From: Klebsormidium nitens | Taxonomy: Eukaryota; Plantae; Klebsormidiophyceae | Reading direction: 5' to 3' | DNA length: 64,000 nucleotides | NCBI GenBank assembly: GCA_000708835.1 | Contig: DF237188.1 | Span: 1-64,000, forward strand | Part shown: positions 1-11,721 of the stretch, piece after piece | Numbering within the stretch: position 1 is the first letter of the stretch | How the letters are laid out: each line of letters opens with the position of its first letter | Notes under the pieces: generated by a model | What the model was told of the DNA's origin: nothing | What the model saw: only the letters and a program-made list of their open reading frames with translations | Databases searched by the model: none | Position numbers and translations under genes: made by a program

Positions 1-1133
1 CCCCCTGGAGTCGCTCTCCTTAAGCACTCCCTTCGCGGCACCACCGACTGACGTCACGCGGGCAGGAGCCTGCTCACCCGCGGCAGTTCCGTTGTCCAAC
101 AGCAGACCGACGGGGGCTTTCACGGGCGAGGGTTTGGATCGGCGGCGTTTAGTTTGTGCGGGCCGGAGCAGCGGGCCGGTTTCGAAGACCAGATCCGGGG
201 AGAGGGCTGGGGCTTCTGGGAGAGGGGAAGGGGCCTGAGGGAGACTCCCAGGGTTCGACGCAGCGGAAGCAGGAGGGGCCTCGGTGGCTGTGTTCGTTGT
301 GCAGTTGGGCAGAGCCGGAGGCTGGCCATGAAGGCAGTCGGGGATCTGCAAGCGGTACAAAAAGGGGTGGGTTTAGCTCTATACTTCCAAAATTGTTCTT
401 CTTTGAGATGATGATCGAGCACGGCAGATGGGGGGCGACAACCCTCTCAAGGCTCAAGTTCCAGCACGTACTCATGGAGTTATTGACCAGAATCATGCTG
501 GTATAGTGTCGCTCACTCCTTAAGAAGGGAAACCCTGAGGAACGACTCGGTAAAGCACGAGCAAGACGGTATCAACAAGCAGAGTTTTGCAGAGTCCCTT
601 CCCGGTCCGGCGTAGATCTGCTGATTTGAAGAGGTTGTCATGGGAACCAAGAACTTTCTGCCATCTCCAGAATGATAGCCATCTTTAAGAGCATTTTCTG
701 AGTTAGTGCGTCATGCAATTCTACAGTGACAGAGATTCCGAGCAAATTCAAGCAGTACTCTCGCAAATACTGCATTTCCAACACAGGCAGTTCACCCGAG
801 ACAAAAGGGCTACGGAAGAATCTGGCAAAATTCAAAATCGGTGCGAGCCTGTAACAGCAGAAGAGGTGAAATTGCTTCCTCATGCAAGCCAGAAAAATAA
901 GCTTGCTTGAACAGGTTCTCGGAGGAGTTGCAAGTAAGTTCCGTCAATACTCGAAAAAACTGTGATCTGAGACCTGCCAGATTCAAAAATGCAAAATAGA
1001 ACGTCTTTTGACTGTGCGCTCACTCCAAAAATCTCTTAGTGCTCGCATTTCGGAAAAAGTAAGATCATCAAGTAGTTACTCATTAACTGAGTCTCTTCTT
1101 TTCCGTAAACAAGCTGCTTGGGAAGGGCAAATT

Positions 1134-3976
1134 TCATCCAACAGATGGACAATGGTCACAGAGTCTCACATCGCCAGCTGCCGCGTCGCCCGGCTGCTCC
1201 TCCGTCGTGCTCCAGCGCCCTCCTCCCATGCTCCTTTTCTTTGTACCGGTCCCTGTGTTGCCCTCCGACCAGTCTCTGCCGCGCTTCGAAGCAGCAACGC
1301 TCGCCCGCCTCGTCTCTCCTGGCCCCACTTGCACGCCCCCCTGCCCCGCCGGTGACACCCCGTTCTGCGGGCAGCTCTCAATCTGGGAATTTCTGTACTC
1401 GTTCCGACAAAGCGGGTTTTCATATGCGCTGGCAGTGTCGTTGTGCAGCAGCTGCTCGATGGGCGGCACCTCCCTCCGGTTGCTGACGTCAGCAATGACG
1501 ACTCCCTCGCGTCCGTCTCCCTCTCCACCCGCCATGCCGTTCTGGTCGCCCGTCACCGGATTGCCGACCTTCCCGATCTCCCCTCTTTCCTCTGCCGTGC
1601 CCTCTGCTTTGCTTCTGGCGTCGTCAGCATGACCACCCGCTGGCAGGTCCTTGAGGGCGTCTCCCGCTGCTTTTGCTGCCTTTAAACGCGGCGTGGCACT
1701 CGGCGAGGGCTGTTGGGCATTCACTGACACCTCGCACAGGGCTTCCCGCTGCGGAGATGCGGCACTGCTGCGGTGGGGACACTCCACCTGGACTTGGGGG
1801 GGTGGGCAGGGAAGCGGACGCGGGCTGCGGGTCGGACCCTCCGCTGCAAACAAAAGGGCGACAGCTGTCAGCTTTCGTGGTCTTAGCCAATATCCTTTCG
1901 GGAGAAGTGGTAAGAAGAGCAGCACAACCTGGGAACATGAGGCAAATGGAGCAGACTGATTACAGCGAAGCTTCTAACCTGGAATCAAGACGAGGGCGAA
2001 TCAACCTCAACTGCGGGGTCACAAGAGCATCATTTATTTTAAAAGTCGAAAAGGAACAGTGATTTCAAGGCTTTCTGAAGGCAAGTCGCCCTGTGTCTGG
2101 CATACAAGTCACAGAAACAAGTAGATCATAGAAGCACGCTGCAGCAGCATGGCAGCAATCACAGACTAACAATGCCCTGACTACATAGGCCACCTGGCGG
2201 TAGAAATTGTTTTCACATGAGCCAGAGGACTGACCACAGGCCTGCTGCCTTGCAGATTTGGCAGGTGGCTAGTTTTAGGTTCTTACCTGAATGCTGACGG
2301 TTTGTTGTGCTGGTTAGGGTGGCCGTTGGCTGCCGCGTCGCTGGCCACCTGCCTGTCCTTCCTGCCCGGAGGGGCCATCTTCAGTGCCAGGGCCTTCACA
2401 TCGCTTGGCCTCGGCACCGTCTCCCAACCAAACAGGCTCTGACTGCAATTGCAGGCTTGGTTAAAGACAAGTCCTTTTTCAAGCCCCGAGGAAGCTAAAG
2501 CTACAGAGCATTTGCTTCACTAAACAAGTCCTATGTATACCTGGACAGTTGCGATGGTGCTGCAAATTGGTGGAGCCGGAAGCAGTGCCCTACAGCACAT
2601 CAGAGTTCAGGACATAGTGCTTGCTCTTCTTCTCCAAGATGGTTTGTCCGCTTCAGCATATGCTCTCCTTAAGGGGAACTTTCTTGGAAAGGAAGCAAGG
2701 AGCATTGCAACCTGTATTTACTGGTAGTTCTTAATGGTAGCAACTTACACCTTTATGCCATAATGGAGTCCCATATCAAGTAAGTGAGGACCAATGCAGG
2801 TACCTTTGCATGCCATCGTTCGCAGCTTGATGGTCTCCTCGCCGAGAATCAACATCCTTGAATTGGCTGGACCCCCTGGGATGAAGATCTGAGGCTGGGG
2901 GAGCACTGCGCCCCCTGCAAGAAAGAGACATGAGCCTTGTGTAAAGAACCGCTTTTCCCTGGCTTTGCTCTTTCTCTTCAAGCCTGAAGCAGATAAGAGA
3001 ACCAGCAAGGGAAGTTGGCTAGCAAACAACAGTCAGTGCATTGGCTTAGGAGACAACGCGGAGGCCAGGACCATGGGTGACCAGGTTTTGGACAGATGGC
3101 GAGCTCAGCCTTCTGTTGACTGAGGAAGGTGTCCATGTGGAAAGCAATCAGGCACTTGCTTCAGCGCAATTTTTCAAGATGAGATTACATGGCCACCATC
3201 TTCAGATGGGGGGAGGGCCAGACTTCATAAAACCTCGGTCCACTAATCTGCATTTAGAGTAGGAAAGGGCGTAAAGCAGAGTGCAAAAGATTGGTCATTA
3301 TGAAACTCTGTCTCAACCTTACCTCTGCTCATGATTAGAAAAATGGCTCTGATCTCGCCCCCGGCCGGAACTCTGAGCACGATCATGGCGCCTGTCTCTC
3401 GACTGCAGGCAGGAAGTAAGGAAACAAGCAATCAGGACGGAGGAGAGCATGAAGGTTTGAAGCAGCAACATGATGTCCTCCAGCACGAATCAAGCGAGGT
3501 AGCAATCAGGTTTGCTTTCGCCATAATTCTGCTTTTGCAGGTTCGCCACTGGTAGCAATCAGTTTTGCTTTCGCAATTCAATCTGCTTTCTTATGTTCGC
3601 CATTGAGCATGCAAGAAGGCAACATTAGAGAATGGCCGACTTTTACAGTTTCTATTCTTCTGAGCTACTTTTGCGGGCAGACAATGCTGCAATCCCTTTC
3701 AACTTTCTGTGTGATCCTCACTTGTGCTCTTTCTGACGTATCATTCTCAACCAAGGTCAAGAAGTATTTGGCCCTTGCCCATCGCACTGATTCTTCATCC
3801 GGCCTGTCTACAATCCCTTGAAGGCAGCTCTTCAAGAGCTTCTTGTCACCACCCTTGTTCACAGTTTGGTTTTCACACTCAAGCTCCAATTCCAGGAGAG
3901 CAAGGCTGAAGAAAGGAGGAGGATGATGCTCCAAGCAGCGATCAACATATCGCTGGATGACGTCCTCTTTCGACAT
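1134..3976 (-). CDS. Unknown-function gene, paralog 1 of a three-member family; frame disrupted in the last exon
   Basis: Exons 3976-3722 (255 nt), 3402-3323 (80), 2914-2804 (111), 2442-2287 (156) and a last exon from 1843, all with GT-AG ends. Exons 1-3 match paralog 2 (25539) in length and phase. The last exon shares EAL.EVSVN.QQP and KRGRDW...KKRSMGGGRWST.EEQ with paralog 2, but only after a +1 frame change near a C-run at about 1795-1810. Confidence 0.7.
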
Positions 3977-4078
3977 TGTCAAGCTGTCTCCCTGCAGCCG
4001 CTGTGTTGGCTTCTGTCCTGCTAGCTCCCGTGTTGGTTGTCAAGTACAGAGAGCGGAATGGGGTCAGCACAACATGCT

Positions 4079-4106
4079 NNNNNNNNNNNNNNNNNNNNNN
4101 NNNNNN
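4079..4106. other. Assembly gap (28 N)
   Basis: Run of N. Confidence 0.99.
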
Positions 4107-4916
4107 GTGTCCCCCAGCTATTTCTCAGATCTGCAGTTCGCCTGATGCGCTTCCTCCCTGATGAAGTGTGTTTGCGTCCATGAATAGTATACAATGCTGC
4201 GCCGAAAGTCCAGCAGCTGTTCCAGCATGAAGACGAGCAATGTTGCGATCTAGAGGTAGCAGAGCTACTATGACTAGTACAAATGAACTCTTTCTGCGAG
4301 TACTGCAGGCCCTGGCCCTGGCCCTGGCACCATGCAGTACTTGGCCTTCATCGGCTCACATGGCTTTGCTCCGTATCACTGCCATCCGTACGATGAGATC
4401 ATCATTCTTCAAACGACGGCATCGATGGGTCACACAAGTCGCGCGCGTGACAAACCGTTAGCTAGCAGTTCAACGTGTCGCTAGCAGTTCAACGTCGTGT
4501 CACGAAAAGCAGAGCTGCAGAGCTGCAGAGCTGTAGTGGTGCGTCTGGAGCGCGGCCGGGCGGCCGCGCGTCCATCGCGCAAGAAGTGGCGTTCTTCAGA
4601 AGAGCCTGAAAGCCAACTTGCTATTGCGTGATACTCACAGCTATTCGATTCGCCTCAATTGTGAAATGTTTCTTTTCTGTCAGCAGCTTATAATCTTGTG
4701 TTGAATGTGTGGGTTTTATCCACACGGGATCCAAAGCTCATTACATAGGACTGGTCTGAAAGGGAGGCGAGGTCGGACACTGCAGTAGTAGTCGCGTGCC
4801 TCTCGCCCTGCTGTCCGCAGGGTGTCCGCCGGCCTGCCACCCTGCTGAATGGAGCATGCCGACATCGTCTCCTGAAACGTTCTTACTCCTGGTGAGCATG
4901 GGAGAGGCGCGAAGGT

Positions 4917-5443
4917 NNNNNNNNNNNNNNNNNNNNNNNNNNNNNNNNNNNNNNNNNNNNNNNNNNNNNNNNNNNNNNNNNNNNNNNNNNNNNNNNNNNN
5001 NNNNNNNNNNNNNNNNNNNNNNNNNNNNNNNNNNNNNNNNNNNNNNNNNNNNNNNNNNNNNNNNNNNNNNNNNNNNNNNNNNNNNNNNNNNNNNNNNNNN
5101 NNNNNNNNNNNNNNNNNNNNNNNNNNNNNNNNNNNNNNNNNNNNNNNNNNNNNNNNNNNNNNNNNNNNNNNNNNNNNNNNNNNNNNNNNNNNNNNNNNNN
5201 NNNNNNNNNNNNNNNNNNNNNNNNNNNNNNNNNNNNNNNNNNNNNNNNNNNNNNNNNNNNNNNNNNNNNNNNNNNNNNNNNNNNNNNNNNNNNNNNNNNN
5301 NNNNNNNNNNNNNNNNNNNNNNNNNNNNNNNNNNNNNNNNNNNNNNNNNNNNNNNNNNNNNNNNNNNNNNNNNNNNNNNNNNNNNNNNNNNNNNNNNNNN
5401 NNNNNNNNNNNNNNNNNNNNNNNNNNNNNNNNNNNNNNNNNNN
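4917..5443. other. Assembly gap (527 N)
   Basis: Run of N; ORFs spanning it are artefacts. Confidence 0.99.
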
Positions 5444-7670
5444 CCTGCTCCTCGTAGGCATGCTTCTGACGCTCGTCGCCCCGCTTGCCTGATTTCCGTT
5501 GCTCTGCGGCAGTAAAGTGCGCGATGGTGCGCCACCAAACTTCTGCGCGTCGTGGTAACGTTTGCGCGCCACCAATTTTCTTGCACGACAGGACTCTGCT
5601 TTGAAGTGAGGACGCTTTCGAGTTCCAATATCTTGCGCATTCGCTCGCACGCTCCTCATTTGAACGCTCTTTCCTTTCCATCTTCTCCTCGTTTTTTATT
5701 TGGGGGCCTATCCTTCCCGTCCAAAACTAAGCTTGTCAAATCTGCAGCAGAAGCCGCTCGCCGAGGAGAGCAGAGGTGGCACCGTCAGAGCCAAATTCAG
5801 TTGGAGAGGTTATGGTTCGAAAGCAGGCGATGGTCATCCTTCGATTCCACGTAAGCTGGCAGTCGGGCGTTCAGCTTTCAAGACCGGCCGCTAAGTCTCT
5901 TTAGTTGGAGCTCGCTTACAGAATCTGATGGGAATCTATCTCTTCTTCTCTACAGCATATAAGGCCGCTGACTTGTTTGTAAGTCCCGCAGCATCTAGGC
6001 TGCCCGCTCTGTTCCGACACCCAGAAAGCTTACTCAAACCGGAAACCGTGACCGCTGAGCGGCAGGACTTTCTCGACAGGATCCGACTGCGAGGACGTTC
6101 TGATGCCTTTCCCTTTGACGAGATGTAGAACGCTTTACGTGCAAAATCAGCCTCAGTAATCTCAAACCCCAGATACGGAACTCAGTCGCTTCTTCGAATC
6201 AGGCAGCTTGATGCAACAATGACTTTGTGCCTGCTGCGAACAGAAGAATACGTTTTTCTTCATTATTCAGCCAGTTCCGCTTCACTCGCAGACAGTCTTC
6301 TTTTTGAGTAAACGGATTGACAGCTGGCAGTCTTTCCAATCTGGCGGACAGCTGACCGTCCCCCGTTCTCCCACCCTCCCTCGTTCCTTCGCTCTGTCCT
6401 GCCCGCTTCAATGACTCCTGTTCTCAGCGGGCGCCTTACTTTGCTCGCTATTCGACAAGGGCCCAGTCGATTCCATCACCCTTGTCACTCCCCCGCCCCG
6501 CGACTAGGAAGCCAATCAAGATCGCCAATCAAAATTGCCTACTTTGTGAGTTTCATCTTGGTTTGCTATTATTCCTGTGTTCCTGCTGCGCGCGCGCCTC
6601 GACGACTTCCACAGCAATCTGAAGGTCGTTCCACTCGTCGAAACGGCCCTCGCCGATCGCGGAAGGCCTTTTCCGTGTTCATCTGGCAAGTTTGTAGATG
6701 CTGCTGATATGACCGCATGCAGCAACCACATAAGAAATCGTTCGTTAGCGTATAGAGGGGTTGAACCTCTAAGTATCGACGTCTTGTATTAAAGCAGAAC
6801 TTGCCCTTTCTTCAGGGCATGCGGTTGATTTGGTTCTTGAGGGAGAGAATCAACATCCCGGATTTCGCGCCTCTGCACAAATGGAAGAAGCTACCCAGTT
6901 CGCCTACACTACCAATCAGTGACGGACTTTGCACGCGATCAGGTACGTTGAAGACTCCAGGTAGACGTTGTCAATCGTAGTTTGAAGCACAGAAGAGGAA
7001 GGTTTGCTTCTAAAGAGCAAAACCTTAACCCCTCTACCTGAAATGTTTCGCAGCCTCAGGGAGATGGGTTGGCGCAAAGCTCGGGAACCTCCATTCTCCA
7101 AGTTCAGGCAAGCTTTTCTTCCGAAAATTTCCTTCCTCGTTGATGAGATTCTTCCTTTTGTGGGGGCAACTGACCCTCTGGCAAGACACCTGGGGGTTCC
7201 GTTGGGCACTAGCTCTACTTTCGCTTCTCGAGCTTTTATTCAACTCATGTATACGTGCCCCATTTCGGGCGCTGTTACCCCTGCAACAATCTGGAATCTA
7301 TTTTCCTCAATCTAGTCATGTCAACCGAAGAGGTTGCAATTCGTGCGAAATAGCCACCACGGCCTTGATCGGAACGCCGTCAGCTGATCTTCTTATGTGG
7401 CATTAAAGCCCCTGGCTGACGCTTCCATGGCTATTCAATGGAAGTCCGGTGCACTCGCTTGATTGCCACGTGTCTCTCGCCGGTGCGCAGACGGCCCACG
7501 TCGCATAGGTAGCTTGCGGCTTAATACGTTGGTTTGAATGCAGCGAAGTAGGTAGGTATATGCAAGTTGGTGCATACGGAGGACAGTCGCTCGAATGAGA
7601 AATTGACGGTAAGTCTTTACTTCAGAGATAAGTGCATCCTACTGGACAGCAGGGGTCGAGAAAAACATCT

Positions 7671-7927
7671 TGGAGCTGGCGGGGCTCGAACCCGCATCTC
7701 TCATGCTCGGGAGTCCTCGGGAGTCCTCCTTGGAAACCTCCTAAGGCTCCTGAGCATTGCGCGGGCTAGGCCCGGCAGGCTGCGCGGAGCTTGCACGTCA
7801 AGCTCCGTGCCGCCCAGGGATCACCCCCCTTAGGAGGGAAAGCGGCCCCTCGAGGTCATTGTGCACGTGACCTCAGGCCGGTTCATTGAACCGGCGACTG
7901 GCGCTTTACCGATTAAGCTACAGCCCC
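7671..7927 (-). ncRNA. tRNA-Ala-like RNA with a 206-nt structured insert replacing the anticodon arm
   Basis: Minus strand reads GGGGCTG TA GCTT AATCGGTA AAGC G [206 nt] GCGGG TTCGAGC CCCGC CAGCTCC A. It has a 7-bp acceptor with G3-U70 and A73, a 4-bp D stem and a 5-bp T stem. U8, A14, A15/U48, G18G19 and T54T55C56-A58 are present. TTTTT follows 5 nt downstream (7665-7661). Confidence 0.8.
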
Positions 7928-7959
7928 ATCGTAAGGTGACTCGTCATGTGTGGTTTCTG

Positions 7960-8000
7960 AAAATAAATACGCCGATTCCAAGAAATGAATATCTGTGGGT
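7960..8000 (-). promoter_or_regulatory. USE-like (ACCCACAGAT) plus TATA-like (TATTTAT) promoter of the tRNA-like gene
   Basis: ACCCACAGAT at 8000-7991 and TATTTATTTT from 7969, spaced 31 nt apart versus 29 nt in the four 77-nt units. CCCACA is the core of the plant snRNA upstream sequence element RTCCCACATCG. Confidence 0.55.
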
Positions 8001-8142
8001 CAATGGTCACATCAAATATCGACCGTTGATTGAACGTGCATGAACCGAAGGTCAATCGAAAGCCGGCTCCAACATAGTCCGTTAGCTCACATGTACTGCT
8101 CAGTGGCCATGACGAGCAAAATCGGGGCAGCACTGCGCACTA

Positions 8143-8243
8143 GCGGCTCTCGTGAGCGCTCCCGTGAATGACTATCGTGAGCAGAGGGACTCTCGTGAGC
8201 GGCTCTCACAGTAAGTGACTCTCAGCGAGCGGCTCTCGTAAGT
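8143..8243. repeat. Seven degenerate tandem copies of a ~13-bp unit (G[CT]G[GA]CTCTCGTGA)
   Basis: gcggctctcgtga, gcgctcccgtga, atgactatcgtga, gcagagggactctcgtga, gcggctctcacagtaa, gtgactctcagcga, gcggctctcgtaa. Confidence 0.8.
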
Positions 8244-8818
8244 CAGTAAATTCCAGATTCCAAAGGGACACTCCTACACAAGAACAAGCTTATCAGATCG
8301 AAGAAGCAAGTGCGACTCCTTCTGAGCTTGTTCAATCCGCCAAATGCTCGTATTACTGCTATGCAAGATCAAGTCGAGACATGGGCAATGTGGCATGGGC
8401 ACGCATGACTCGCATCAACTCAGAAGATAGTACTGGTCAGATGCTCTCAACCAGAAAGAGTACCGTTTCTTATGCCCTTTGACTCGGACGTCAGGAATGT
8501 TGGGTCCTTAAGAAATTGCTTCCCAGCAAGTCAGACGCACGTGTGGGCTCTACCAACATGACCGCCGCGAGACGCTCGATCAGGTTGCAGCAAGCCCGGA
8601 TCCGCTTGTCCGCGCACTTTGACAGGAAGCTCCGGCGAATAGTTGAATCTGAAAGCAAGAGAACAGCGTCTCGATCTGCTTCTAGTTCCGCTGTCTCATA
8701 TTCAAAGCGCCGGCATCACTTCCCTGCTTCGGACAGTTTGCTCCAGCGCGAAGCGGACGGCGATGCGCTGCAACGCGCGTCCGGTTTCGCGTCGTTGTGC
8801 CAGAACCGTCCGATGAAA

Positions 8819-8903
8819 GCCACGTGGCAGTCTTGAGCGGTAGGATCTTTCCGCTCGTTCTGGGCCGGCCCACAGAAAATGAAGGCAAGCAGGGCGTATA
8901 TAA
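8819..8903 (+). promoter_or_regulatory. Promoter of unit A: G-box, USE-like motif, TATA
   Basis: CACGTG at 8821, GCCCACAGA at 8868 and TATATAA at 8897; the conserved element starts at 8929. Confidence 0.7.
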
Positions 8904-8928
8904 GGTGGCGTTCCTGCCCTCGTCTTCC

Positions 8929-9190
8929 AGCGGATCGATCCGGGGCGCCCCCCGGCCCAGGGGCAGGACCTCTGTCCAGGGGTGCTCCACGGAGCTCCCC
9001 CGGAACCACCCATTACATAACCTCCCCCAAACAAATCTTTAAACCAACACAGACCTCCCAAACTCTCTTACAATCAATACAACAAACACACATCTCTCAA
9101 ATCTATCATGCTGCAACACCCAACGTCACACACTCACTTGACATTCATACGACTGACTGTGCTCATACTTCTTGAAGAGCCGCATGTTTT
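8929..9190 (+). ncRNA. Putative novel small RNA gene, unit A (77-nt conserved 5' domain plus G-poor tail); 3' end uncertain
   Basis: Core 8929-9005 is identical to unit C. The tail 9006-9150 has 5 G in 145 nt. The first T4 run is at 9187-9190. Confidence 0.65.
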
Positions 9191-9525
9191 CATTCAATTC
9201 GGCTGAACAAACACGTCTCATGAAGCGTCATTAGGAGATGAATATCCATACACTGCTTAAGCAGTGCTGCTGCATGCATCTGCTTCGTTCGAGAAGTGCC
9301 AGAATATTGTGCCTGCTCTCGCGATTTGGAACGTCGGACAACCGTTTCCAGCACCTGAATGACTTGCTGTTAAAAGCGCTTGACCTTTGAGGCTCGTGAA
9401 ATCTGTCAGGCGTGCTATTGAAGTGAAGAGCATGCTTGTATCCCATTCATTTCTGAACAAAACTGCTCTGTGGTTACTAGGCATAGGACTCGGTTGTGTC
9501 AAAATCAAAAGCAGGTCCCTCTGGC

Positions 9526-9745
9526 AAAACGTCGTCGGCAAGGAGAAGTGATGCTGGTTGGCGCTTGGTTTGGTTGGGTTTGTTCAGTATGACGAGTCAT
9601 GGATGGTTTGTTGGTCTGACATTGGTGCGAAAGAAGGAGGGAGTGGTGTTGATGGTGGTTATGGTTTGTTCCGGGGGAGCTCCGTGGAGCACCCCTGGAC
9701 AGAGGTCCTGCCCCTGGGCCGGGGGGCGCCCCGGATCGATCCACT
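9526..9745 (-). ncRNA. Putative novel small RNA gene, unit B; 3' end uncertain
   Basis: Core 9745-9669 has 1 mismatch to A/C. The tail 9668-9541 has 9 G in 128 nt on the RNA strand. Three T4 runs lie at 9529-9526, 9510-9507 and 9504-9501. Confidence 0.65.
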
Positions 9746-9771
9746 GGGAAAACCAAAGGGCAGGCGCTGAA

Positions 9772-9858
9772 TTATGTATGCACTGCTCGTTTGAAGGTCT
9801 TGTGGGCAAAGTGAAGAGATCGATAGAACGCCTTCGAGCGGTCCGATTGTGCCACGGG
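9772..9858 (-). promoter_or_regulatory. Promoter of unit B
   Basis: TACATAA from 9778 and GCCCACAAG from 9807. CCCGTGGCACAATCGGA near 9858 shares GTGGCACAATCGGA with the unit C promoter. Confidence 0.65.
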
Positions 9859-11721
9859 GTACCTACGGGACCGCTGTCGTCACGAAGTCGCCGAAACCGG
9901 GCGCGCACGAGACCGACGCCCGCTTAAGATAGCCCGCCCAAGTTGCGAGGAAGCAGGAAGGAAGGGAGCTGAAAGAGAAGTGATTAATCGTGTATACATC
10001 TGCGGCCTTTCTGCCACATTCCTTCTGCCAGCGCACGTCCGTCTCCGGCCTTGGGAGCACCACAGCCGTGATCTGATAATTCTGTAGAGTGTTAACAGAT
10101 TAGCACATGGATAAACTTAAACCCGTCTTCTTGACAAAGGGTCGGGCGCTGATCATCCAATCTTTTCTGTTGTCAAGGTAAAGGCAAACGAAGAGATATT
10201 CTCCGCAGCTTTCGAACCCCGATCCAAAATGACGGGGATGATAACGTGCAAGGGTGACCTTGACAGGAGTAGATGTCTTCCAAGCTCTCGTGGCAGCAGC
10301 CCGGCCAGCCCCGCGGCAGCGCTCCTGTGGTCGGCCGCCCTGAGCCATGGTCGCGAGGAAACTTCTCATGATCTGAGTCTGCCTCCAAAGAAAAGATGCC
10401 CAAGGACAAAGTTTTGGCTCATCATGGTTGCGAGTACGTGAACCTTGTGAGGAGTGATTTTGGTAGAGGATGTCGGGTGTCACATGCTTTCACTTTTATA
10501 GCTTGCATCTGAATGATCGAAACGGGCCCTGAAATTACGCTTAGGCCGCGGCCGCTAGTGGCCACAGTTTTGGCAGTTGCATCTTTTGAAGCTATGTTTT
10601 TAATGTTCAAGCATGGAGAGTCTGCGTTTCTCAGTCTTTGATACATGCATATCAACGTGTAAGAGGATTTAATCACGGTTCGTATGGCACGTTGAAAACC
10701 AGCCCGCACTTCAATCGCTCATATGATGTGTCTTCACAGGCGCTTCATCTTACACGGGATGCATGTCCCTTGAAAGCATGGCAGTGGATACGATCGACGG
10801 ATCTCAGGACGTTCAAACGCCTTTTAAACCATGCGCAGTATGATTAAGTTGGGCAGCTTATGCCGCGGCCTATAATTAAACGTTGACCGTCTTTGAGCAT
10901 GCTCACGTTCTCCTACTTCGCTTGATCCAAGATCGAGCTTCATGAACCTGTTTCATTCTCCAACTTGATCGAAAGGTGTTTCTGCTGGCAGGTCTCAGGT
11001 GATCATCTCACAAATGGGCATTGAGCTCATTGACTACGTTTTTTCGGCCATACTCCCCATGTCCTTCTTATGCAAGTCTTCCCTGTGTCGAACTAGGACA
11101 GAATTTGATGTACAAAACGCATGCAAGAAACTTTCTCCTTCCGTCATATCCTGGATATTTCTATCAACAACCTTGCTGTCTGCTTATAGCGAAAGCACTG
11201 TCATATTACCTATTACCGCGCCTGAAGTGCGCGGACCTTGAGTGTCTTCTCAAGGTCACCAATGAGGTCTTCGCTGGCGTGCTGCGTGTTCGGAAGCAAG
11301 AGCGATGAGCGTCCGCGAGGACCATGGGCGGGTATTCAGGATATCAAGCATCGTGCAAGCCCAAATCGTATACTGCGCATCTTTCGGAAGAAGCCTTTGA
11401 AGGGACAGGAAGGCTCATTGCCTTGAATTTTTTTGAACGCTCCTGCAAAAGACTCGATGCTAATAAAAAGGCTTTGTTTTCTTCTTTGGAGGCAGTTCCT
11501 TCCGGATTAGCCTACAGTTGAGCCAACGGGATTCGTGTACTTCTCCTGAGCTTGGAGAGGAGTCTCGTTTTCGGATAAGGAAGCAGGACACGCTGGCCAA
11601 CATGGCTTGTCATTCCAAAATCCTCGACCCTTCTCAAGGTTTTGGATCAGCCGTTCCCTTACATCGACTCTGGTCAAGATAAGGTTTGTTTCGACAGCCA
11701 ATTTAGAGGTTTGACGGATGC

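Noticed and set aside
1790-1815. Programmed ribosomal frameshift conserved in paralogs 1 and 2
   Set aside because: The required shifts are in opposite directions (+1 and -1) and sit in C homopolymers.
4446-4535. CGTGACA...TGTCACG enclosing two GCTAGCAGTTCAACGT copies, followed by (GCAGAGCT)3
   Set aside because: It is single-copy and short with no target-site duplication; most likely local slippage upstream of paralog 1.
4716-5681. Long ORFs of 239-321 aa
   Set aside because: Artefacts of the N gap.
5700-7400. Exon-like fragments between family genes and RNA units (also 10000-15500 and 22300-25400)
   Set aside because: I could not assemble a consistent gene model or show homology among the three intervals by eye; a tblastx self-comparison is needed.
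7785-7830. Short matches and complementarity between the tRNA-like insert and the 77-nt core (CACGGAGCT; CCCTGGGC vs GCCCAGGG; G6 vs C6)
   Set aside because: These are 8-9-nt GC-rich matches in non-collinear order, so chance is likely; not claimed as an interaction.
7671-7927. Ordinary intron-containing tRNA-Ala, or a bacterial/plastid tmRNA insertion
   Set aside because: No anticodon stem can be rebuilt (CCAGT has no partner, no U33). It has a full D stem, no ANDENYALAA-like tag frame, and a nuclear-type promoter and terminator.
8143-8243. CRISPR-like array
   Set aside because: Units are about 13 bp, adjacent and without spacers; the context is eukaryotic with no cas genes.
8929-9005. Core as a hammerhead or HDV-like ribozyme, or a spliced-leader RNA
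   Set aside because: There is no CUGANGA/GAAA core, no convincing HDV nested pseudoknot, and no GT donor or Sm site after the core.
8879-9175. ORFs crossing the 77-nt core (SGAPPGPGAGPLSRGAPRSSPG and other frames; also 9496-9927, 20979-21469, 21912-22266)
   Set aside because: They are shared only because the DNA is identical. The copies fall in different frames with unrelated starts and ends, and no peptide is conserved in the tails.
8929-9745. 77-bp inverted repeats read as MITE or DNA-transposon terminal inverted repeats
   Set aside because: I saw no target-site duplication. Spacing-conserved G-box, GCCCACA and TATA motifs lie outside the repeats and the interiors do not align, which fits oriented genes better.
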